Below the pieces are notes generated by a model, which saw only the letters and a program-made list of their open reading frames with translations, was not told where the DNA came from and searched no databases. The position numbers and the translations under genes were made by a program. From NCBI GenBank assembly GCA_964016885.1, contig OZ024742.1:376588001-376652000 (forward strand): 64,000 bases of DNA. The letters run 5' to 3'. This document shows, piece after piece, positions 54,788 to 64,000 of this stretch. This stretch comes from Eledone cirrhosa. Lineage: Eukaryota. Position 1 is the stretch's first letter, and the number at the start of each line of letters is the position of its first letter.

Positions 54788-55263
54788 ACTAGTTAATATA
54801 TAATTATATTATTGCTAGTTAAAATGCGGTTATATTATTGCTAGTTAATATATATTATTACTAGTTCCTGTGTAGTTATATTATTACTAGTTAATGTCGT
54901 TCTATATTGCTAGTTAATGTATAATTATATTATTACTAGTTAATTTGTTGTTATATTATTGCTAGTTAATACGTAGTTATTATTGCTAGTTAATATGTAG
55001 TTATGGTATTACTAGTTAATGTCATATTATTACTAGTTAATATATAAATATATTATTACTTGTTAATATGTAGTTATATTATTGCTAGTTAATATGTAGT
55101 TATGGTATTTCTAGTTAATATGTAGTTATATTATTGCTAGTTAATATGTAGTTATGGTATTACTAGTTAATATGCAGTTATATTATTGCTAGTTAGTATA
55201 TAGTTATGGTATTACTAGTTAATATGTAGTTATATTATTGCTAGTTAATATGTAGTCATGGTA

Positions 55264-55454
55264 GGGCGGTGGATTGGCAGTATCGGTAGAGGGTTGGACG
55301 CCATGCTTTCCCACATAGTTACGTCCCTTTACGATCTGAGTTCAAATCCCGCCGAGGTTGACTTTGCCTTTCATCCTTACGGGGTCGATAAAATAAAGTA
55401 CCAGTAATGAACTGGGTAATTGCTGGCCTTGTGCCTAAAGTAGAAACAATTATT
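55264..55454 (+). mobile_element. Full-length Meta-like tRNA SINE
   Basis: Same structure as the 54597 copy with scattered substitutions. Confidence 0.92.
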
Positions 55455-55752
55455 GCTAGTTAATATGTACTTATATTATTACTAGTTAATATGTAGTTAT
55501 ATTATTGCTAGTTAATATGTAGTCATGGTATTACTAGTTAATATGTAGTTATATTATTGGTAGTTAATATATGGGTGGATTGGCGGTATTGGTAAGCATC
55601 AGATAACATACTTTATGGCATAGAGTTATGGCACTTTACATTCTGAGTTATTTAATATTTAGTTATATATTATTACTAGTTAATATGTAGTTATATATTA
55701 TTACTATATTATATAGTTATATATTATTATTTAATATGTAGTTTAATATGTA

Positions 55753-55943
55753 GGGCGGTGGATTGGCAGTATCGGTAGAGGGTCGGACGCCATGCTTTCC
55801 AGCATAGTTACATCCCTTTACAATCTGAGTTCAAATCCCGCCGAGGTTGACTTTGCCTTTCATCCTTACGGGGTCGATAACATAAAGTATCAGTAATGCA
55901 CTGGGTGATTGCTGGCCTTGTGCCTAAAGTAGAAACAATTATT
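55753..55943 (+). mobile_element. Full-length Meta-like tRNA SINE
   Basis: Same structure, flanked by tttaatatgta on both sides. Confidence 0.92.
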
Positions 55944-55989
55944 TAATATGTAGTTATATATTATTACTAGTTAATATGTAGTATATGTT

Positions 55990-56215
55990 TTCTTCTTCTT
56001 CTTCTTCTTTGTCTTCGTCTTCGTCTTCTTCCAACTGATCTGACTAATGTTATCCAACCATCTTGCTTGGTGTCTACCTCTGGGTCTCCTACCAGTTGTT
56101 TTTACCTGTAAAATCTCTTCTGCAATATCCTAATTTTAAAATAATGTTCTAAGCATCATGATTGACCATTTCAATTGTCCACTTATGTATTTTTAGCCAC
56201 CACCAAGTATAGCTG
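55990..56215 (-). mobile_element. Old RTE LINE 3' fragment with (GAA)n tail
   Basis: The minus strand reads IAEEILQVKTTGRRPRGRHQARWLDNI, followed by (GAA)n. Confidence 0.65.
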
Positions 56216-56429
56216 TTAGTGAAGAAGATATACTCTTTAAAATTGCTGTCCAAAATGGATCTGTACGAACAGACACTAAGGAATTTAAAACCTTTAAGGA
56301 GATGAATAACAATAACTGGGGGAAGTATGTCTTTTGTTTTAACCTCTAGACTAATTAACTGCAGTGATGTTGGTATTTTTGTGCTGTCTAAAAAAGGAAA
56401 ATATTGATAGGAGGGGGTATCTAGCTATA

Positions 56430-57120
56430 AGGATGCAAAATCCCTGCTGTAATTGCTTGAGCAAGCAGCAAATCAGGTTGGTCTCTATTGTAATGAGAGT
56501 CAGACGGAATATATCACAACTTCCTCTGAACAATCTGATTTGAAATCACTCAATAAAACATCCACCAAAAGGGTTGAGAACTTTAAATACCTTGACTCTC
56601 ATGTCATAGACTCCCAAAAAGATTTCAACATCCGTAAAGCTCTGGCATGGGATATGTGCAACAGGCTTGACAAGACTTGGCGCTCAAATTTATCATCCTC
56701 CTTAAAAGTCCAAATCTTTCGAACATTTATTGAACCAGTACTACTATATGGACCTTGACCTTATCTGTTCATCTTGAAAGACAGCTGGATGGAGCATATA
56801 CAAATCTGCTCAGAAGAATCAAAAACATAAGCTGGAGATCACACGCAACACTTGAAACCATCTACGGAGATTTGATTCCAATATCTCTCAGACTCAAGCA
56901 AAAAAAGACTACAGTTTGCTGGTCACTGTCATCGAGCCGACAAAGAAATAATTACATGTCTCCTTCCGTGGCATCCCTCTGGATGTGTCTATTCACGAAA
57001 ACTGACTTTCCCAGACACCATTGCTCGGAACTCAGGGTTAGACATAAGGGATCTGGGGACAGCAATGCAGGACCGAACAGTGTGGAAACGGATTGTCAAG
57101 AGAGTTCCATCTGATGATGA
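56430..57120 (+). mobile_element. RTE-like LINE 3' fragment
   Basis: LEQAANQVGLYCNESQTEY..VENFKYLDS..DFNIRKALAW..PVLLYG, AMQDRTVW, a (TGA)n tail, and gctata on both flanks inside a SINE-like remnant. Confidence 0.85.
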
Positions 57121-57490
57121 GCTATAGAAAACCTGTGAAAGAAAAGGTCAGGAGGTCTCTTCAGTTGTGTTGAAGACATGACAACCTCCCTAGTGCTGGT
57201 GATCTACACAATAAACACACTGTGTACACTGTATAAAGTAGTTGGTGATAGGAGGGCTATCTAGCTATAGAAAACCTGTCAAACAAAGGGTTGGGAGAGC
57301 TCTTCAGTTTTATCAAAGACATGATGATCTCCCTAACACTGGTGCCTTCATAAAATGCACTTGGTAGAGTGCAGGAACATAGGTAAATAAGATGTAGGCT
57401 GCTGGTCCATCTGAGTGGTCAGTAGCTCTGAATACTGACTTGGTTTGTGAAGACCTAGCCAATTCTTGCTAGTTGGAAAGAGGGACATTA

Positions 57491-57660
57491 AATGATGATG
57501 GTGACAGTGGCGGCGGAGACGGTGGGGATGGCGACAATAGGAACGACGGTGACGACGGAGATGACGACTGCGACAACCGTGATGATGGCGAAGACGGAGA
57601 TGACCGCGATGAAACGACGACCACAACAACAACCACCACAACAACAACAACAACAACAAA
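57491..57660. repeat. Degenerate trinucleotide tract (GAY/GGC then CAA)
   Basis: Low-complexity triplets directly before the 43-bp satellite. Confidence 0.75.
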
Positions 57661-60600
57661 GACCACCCTGTAAGGTGGTAGTGGTAGTGCCATCATACAC
57701 CCAGCCCACCCTGTAAGGTGGTAGTGGTAGTGTCATCATACACCCACCCCACCCTGTAAGGTGGTAGTGGTAGTGTCATCATACACCCAGCCCACCCTGC
57801 AAGTTGGTAGTGGTAGTGCCATCATACACCCAGCCCACCCTGTAAGGTGGTAGTGGTAGTGTCATCATACACCCAGCCCACCCTGTAAGGTGGTAGTGGT
57901 AGTGGTAGTGCCATCATACACCCAGCCCACCCTGCAAGGTGGTAGTGGTAGTGCCATCATACACCCAGCCCACCCTGTAAGGTGGTAGTGGTAGTGGTAG
58001 TGTCATCATACACCCAGCCCACCCTGTAAGGTGGTAGTGGTAGTGTCATCATACACCCAGCCCACCCTGTAACGTGGTAGTGGTAGTGCCATCATACACC
58101 CAGCCCACCCTGTAAGGTGGTAGTGGTAGTGGTAGTGTCATCATACACCCAGCCCACCCTGTAAGGTGGTAGTGGTAGTGCCATCATACACCCAGCCCAC
58201 CCTGTAAGGTGGTAGTGGTAGTGCCATCATACACCCAGCCCACCCTGCAAGTTGGTAGTGGTAGTGCCATCATACACCCAGCCCACCCTGTAAGGTGGTA
58301 GTGGTAGTGTCATCATACACCCAGCCCACCCTGTAAGGTGGTAGTGGTAGTGCCATCATACACCCAGCCCACCCTGTAAGGTGGTAGTGGTAGTGGTAGT
58401 GCCATCATACACCCAGCCCACCCTGTAAGGTGGTAGTGGTAGTGCCATCATACACCCAGCCCACCCTGTAGGTGGTAGTGGTAGTGGTAGTGCCATCATA
58501 CACCCAGCCCACCCTGTAAGGTGGTAGTGGTAGTGCCATCATACACCCAGCCCACCCTGTAGGTGGTAGTGGTAGTGCCATCATACACCCAGCCCACCCT
58601 GTAAGGTGGTAGTGGTAGTGGTAGTGCCATCATACACCCAGCCCACCCTGTAGGTGGTAGTGGTAGTGCCATCATACACCCAGCCCACCCTGTAAGGTGG
58701 TAGTGGTAGTGGTAGTGCCATCATACACCCAGCCCACCCTGTAGGTGGTAGTGGTAGTGGTAGTGCCATCATACACCCAGCCCACCCTGTAAGGTGGTAG
58801 TGGTAGTGCCATCATACACCCAGCCCACCCTGTAGGTGGTAGTGGTAGTGCCATCATACACCCAGCCCACCCTGTAAGGTGGTAGTGGTAGTGGTAGTGC
58901 CATCATACACCCAGCCCACCCTGTAAGGTGGTAGTGGTAGTGCCATCATACACCCAGCCCACCCTGTAAGGTGGTAGTGGTAGTGGTAGTGCCATCATAC
59001 ACCCAGCCCACCCTGTAAGGTGGTAGTGGTAGTGTCATCATACACCCAGCCCACCCTGTAAGGTGGTAGTGGTAGTGCCATCATACACCCAGCCCACCCT
59101 GTAAGGTGGTAGTGGTAGTGGTAGTGCCATCATACACCCAGCCAACCCTGTAAGGTGGTAGTGGTAGTGCCATCATACACCCAGCCCACCCTGTAAGGTG
59201 GTAGTGGTAGTGTCATCATACACCCAGCCAACCCTGTAAGGTGGTAGTGGTAGTGTCATCATACACCCAGCCAACCCTGTAAGGTGGTAGTGGTAGTGGT
59301 AGTACCATCATACACCCAGCCCACCCTGTAAGGTGGTAGTGGTAGTGGTAGTGCCATCATACACCCAGCCCACCCTGTAAGGTGGTAGTGGTAGTGCCAT
59401 CATACACCCAGCCCACCCTGTAAGGTGGTAGTGGTAGTGGTAGTGTCATCATACACCCAGCCCACCCTGTAAGGTGGTAGTGGTAGTACCATCATACACC
59501 CACCCCACCCTGTAAGGTGGTAGTGGTAGTGCCATCATACACCCAGCCCACCCTGTAAGGTGGTAGTGGTAGTGCCATCATACACCCAGCCCACCCTGTA
59601 AGGTGGTAGTGGTAGTGGTAGTGCCATCATACACCCAGCCCACCCTGTAAGGTGGTAGTGGTAGTGCCATCATACACCCAGCCCACCCTGTAAGGTGGTA
59701 GTGGTAGTGCCATCATACACCCAGCCCACCCTGTAAGGTGGTAGTGGTAGTGCCATCATACACCCAGCCCACCCTGTAAGGTGGTAGTGGTAGTACCATC
59801 ATACACCCAGCCCACCCTGTAAGGTGGTAGTGGTAGTGCCATCATACACCCAGCCCACCCTGTAAGGTGGTAGTGGTAGTGCCATCATACACCCAGCCCA
59901 CCCTGTAAGGTGGTAGTGGTAGTACCATCATACACCCAGCCCACCCTGTAAGGTGGTAGTGGTAGTGCCATCATACACCCAGCCCACCCTGTAAGGTGGT
60001 AGTGGTAGTGGTAGTGCCATCATAAACCTAGCCCACCCTGTAAGGTGGTAGTGGTAGTGGTAGTGCCATCATACACCCAGCCCACCCTGTAAGGTGGTAG
60101 TGGTAGTGCCATCATACACCCAGCCCACCCTGTAAGGTGGTAGTGGTAGTGGTAGTGTCATCATACACCTAGCCCACCCTGTAAGGTGGTAGTGGTAGTG
60201 TCATCATACACCCAGCCCACCCTGTAAGGTGGTAGTGGTAGTGGTAGTGGTAGTGTCATCATACACCCAGCCCACCCTGTAAGGTGGTAGTGGTAGTGTC
60301 ATCATACACCCAGCCCACCCTGTAAGGTGGTAGTGGTAGTGGTAGTACCATCATACACCCAGCCCACCCTGTAAGGTGGTAGTGGTAGTGCCATCATACA
60401 CCCAGCCCACCCTGTAAGGTGGTAGTGGTAGTGGTAGTGGTAGTGTCATCATACACCCAGCCCACCCTGTAAGGTGGTAGTGGTAGTGTCATCATACACC
60501 CAGCCCACCCTGTAAGGTGGTAGTGGTAGTGGTAGTGGTAGTGTCATCATACACCCAGCCCACCCTGTAAGGTGGTAGTGGTAGTGTCATCATACACCCA

Positions 60601-63600
60601 GCCCACCCTGTAAGGTGGTAGTGGTAGTGGTAGTGTCATCATACACCTAGCCCACCCTGTAAGGTGGTAGTGGTAGTGTCATCATACACCCAGCCCACCC
60701 TGTAAGGTGGTAGTGGTAGTGGTAGTGGTAGTGTCATCATACACCCAGCCCACCCTGTAAGGTGGTAGTGGTAGTGTCATCATACACCCAGCCCACCCTG
60801 TAAGGTGGTAGTGGTAGTGGTAGTACCATCATACACCCAGCCCACCCTGTAAGGTGGTAGTGGTAGTGCCATCATACACCCAGCCCACCCTGTAAGGTGG
60901 TAGTGGTAGTGGTAGTGGTAGTGTCATCATACACCCAGCCCACCCTGTAAGGTGGTAGTGGTAGTGTCATCATACACCCAGCCCACCCTGTAAGGTGGTA
61001 GTGGTAGTGGTAGTGGTAGTGCCATCATACACCCAGCCCACCCTGTAAGGTGGTAGTGGTAGTGGTAGTGGTAGTGTCATCATACACCCAGCCCACCCTG
61101 TAAGGTGGTAGTGGTAGTACCATCATACACCCACCCCACGTGGTAAGGTGGTAGTGGTAGTGTCATCATACACCCAGCCCACCCTGTAAGGTGGTAGTGG
61201 TAGTACCATCATACACCCACCCCACCCTGTAAGGTGGTAGTGGTAGTGGTAGTGCCATCATACACCCAGCCCACCCTGTAAGGTGGTAGTGGTAGTGTCA
61301 TCAAACACCCAGCCCACCCTGTAAGGTGGTAGTGGTAGTGGTAGTACCATCATACACCCAGCCCACCCTGTAAGGTGGTAGTGGTAGTACCATCATACAC
61401 CCACCCCACCCTGTAAGGTGGTAGTGGTAGTGGTAGTGCCATCATACACCCACCCCACCCTGTAAGGTGGTAGTGGTAGTGGTAGTGTCATCATACACCC
61501 AGCCAACCCTGTAAGGTGGTAGTGGTAGTACCATCATACACCCACCCCACGTGGTAAGGTGGTAGTGGTAGTACCATCATACACCCACCCCACGTGGTAA
61601 GGTGGTAGTGGTAGTGTCATCATACACCCAGCCAACCCTGTAAGGTGGTAGTGGTAGTGTCATCATACACCCACCCCACGTGGTAAGGTGGTAGTGGTAG
61701 TGTCATCATACACCCAGCCAACCCTGTAAGGTGGTAGTGGTAGTGTCATCATACACCCACCCCACGTGGTAAGGTGGTAGTGGTAGTACCATCATACACC
61801 CACCCCACGTGGTAAGGTGGTAGTGGTAGTGTCATCATACACCCAGCCAACCCTGTAAGGTGGTAGTGGTAGTACCATCATACACCCACCCCACGTGGTA
61901 AGGTGGTAGTGGTAGTGTCATCATACACCCACCCCACCCTGTAAGGTGGTAGTGGTAGTGGTAGTGTCATCATACACCCAGCCCACCCTGTAAGGTGGTA
62001 GTGGTAGTGTCATCATACACCCAGCCCACCCTGTAAGGTGGTAGTGGTAGTACCATCATACACCCACCCCACGTGGTAAGGTGGTAGTGGTAGTGTCATC
62101 ATACACCCAGCCAACCCTGTAAGGTGGTAGTGGTAGTGCCATCATACACCCAGCCCACGTGGTAAGGTGGTAGTGGTAGTACCATCATACACCCACCCCA
62201 CGTGGTAAGGTGGTAGTGGTAGTGTCATCATACACCCAGCCAACCCTGTAAGGTGGTAGTGGTAGTGTCATCATACACCCAGCCCACCCTGTAAGGTGGT
62301 AGTGGTAGTGCCATCATACACCCAGCCCACCCTGTAAGGTGGTAGTGGTAGTGCCATCATACACCCAGCCCACCCTGTAAGGTGGTAGTGGTAGTGCCAT
62401 CATACACCCAGCCCACCCTGTAAGGTGGTAGTGGTAGTGCCATCATACACCCAGCCCACCCTGTAAGGTGGTAGTGGTAGTGGTAGTGCCATCATACACC
62501 CAGCCCACCCTGTAAGGTGGTAGTGGTAGTGGTAGTGCCATCATACACCCAGCCAACCCTGTAAGGTGGTAGTGGTAGTGTCATCATACACCCAGCCCAC
62601 CCTGTAAGGTGGTAGTGGTAGTGGTAGTACCATCATACACCCAGCCCACCCTGTAAGGTGGTGGTGGTAGTGCCATCATACACCCAGCCCACCCTGTAAG
62701 GTGGTAGTGGTAGTGGTAGTGCCATCATACACCCAGCCAACCCTGTAAGGTGGTAGTGGTAGTGGTAGTGCCATCATACACCCAGCCAACCCTGTAAGGT
62801 GGTAGTGGTAGTGGTAGTGTCATCATACACCCAGCCCACCCTGTAAGGTGGTAGTGGTAGTGCCATCATACACCCAGCCCACCCTGTAAGGTGGTAGTGG
62901 TAGTGGTAGTGCCATCATACACCCAGCCAACCCTGTAAGGTGGTAGTGGTAGTGCCATCATACACCCAGCCCACCCTGTAAGGTGGTAGTGGTAGTGGTA
63001 GTGTCATCATACACCCAGCCCACCCTGTAAGGTGGTAGTGGTAGTGGTAGTGTCATCATACACCCAGCCCACCCTGTAAGGTGGTAGTGGTAGTGCCATC
63101 ATACACCCAGCCCACCCTGTAAGGTGGTAGTGGTAGTGGTAGTGCCATCATACACCCAGCCAACCCTGTAAGGTGGTAGTGGTAGTGCCATCATACACCC
63201 AGCCAACCCTGTAAGGTGGTAGTGGTAGTGGTAGTGTCATCATACACCCAGCCCACCCTGTAAGGTGGTAGTGGTAGTGGTAGTGTCATCATACACCCAG
63301 CCCACCCTGTAAGGTGGTAGTGGTAGTGCCATCATACACCCAGCCCACCCTGTAAGGTGGTAGTGGTAGTGGTAGTGCCATCATACACCCAGCCCACCCT
63401 GTAAGGTGGTGGTGGTAGTGTCATCATACACCCAGCCCACCCTGTAAGGTGGTAGTGGTAGTGGTAGTGTCATCATACACCCAGCCCACCCTGTAAGGTG
63501 GTAGTGGTAGTGCCATCATACACCCAGCCCACCCTGTAAGGTGGTAGTGGTAGTGGTAGTGCCATCATACACCCAGCCCACCCTGTAAGGTGGTGGTGGT

Positions 63601-64000
63601 AGTGTCATCATACACCCAGCCCACGCTGTAAGGTGGTAGTGGTAGTGCCATCATACACCCAGCCCACCCTGTAAGGTGGTAGTGGTAGTGGTAGTGCCAT
63701 CATACACCCAGCCCACCCTGTAAGGTGGTGGTGGTAGTGTCATCATACACCCAGCCCACCCTGTAAGGTGGTAGTGGTAGTGTCATCATACACCCAGCCC
63801 ACCCTGTAAGGTGGTAGTGGTAGTGCCATCATACACCCAGCCCACCCTGTAAGGTGGTAGTGGTAGTGCCATCATACACCCAGCCCACCCTGTAAGGTGG
63901 TAGTGGTAGTGGTAGTGCCATCATACACCCAGCCCACCCTGTAAGGTGGTAGTGGTAGTGCCATCATACACCCAGCCCACCCTGTAAGGTGGTAGTGGTA
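57661..64000. repeat. 43-bp satellite (CACCCTGTAAGGTGGTAGTGGTAGTGCCATCATACACCCAGCC)n with 42/49/55-bp variants; runs off the window end
   Basis: Directly visible. Length variants come from extra GTAGTG hexamers or loss of one A. Confidence 0.99.

Larger units (their letters stand above)
53411..55985. repeat. Degenerate 26-bp AT-rich minisatellite (ACTAGTTAATATGTAGTTATATTATT) interrupted by retroposon insertions
   Basis: Visible at 53411-53546, 54265-54596, 54788-55263, 55455-55752 and 55944-55985. Confidence 0.92.

Noticed and set aside
57670-57700. Telomere-like GGTAGT hexamers
   Set aside because: They are not TTAGGG, and only 2-4 copies are embedded in each longer monomer.
57661-64000. 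CRISPR-like regular repeats here and at 38792-40425 and 53691-54095
   Set aside because: There are no unique spacers and no cas genes, and the context is eukaryotic; these are tandem repeats.

Overview
Repeat-rich eukaryotic DNA with no prokaryotic features. The SINE and LINE families resemble those of octopus/cephalopod genomes (inference). Positions 1-31008 are a 24-bp satellite with kb-scale higher-order repeats, and 57661-64000 are a 43-bp satellite. The 26 kb between holds two phase-compatible exons, one recognisable as IQCH, so most or all of the window is probably intronic. It also holds decayed RTE LINEs, Meta- and CORE-like tRNA SINEs, a Penelope-like (Naiad-type) GIY-YIG fragment, a Helitron fragment, MITE-like palindromes and minisatellites. 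Three observations stand out. (1) A cluster of Penelope-type hammerhead ribozymes, several apparently split by hairpins or simple repeats in loop II, with one 3' half sitting at the end of the 31-kb satellite. (2) A minisatellite built by tandem amplification of the IQCH splice acceptor. (3) A single ~49-bp LINE/SINE 3'-UTR module seen at 1, 2 and 8 copies, and plausibly as the >100-copy satellite. All family assignments are from recalled motifs; no database search was run.
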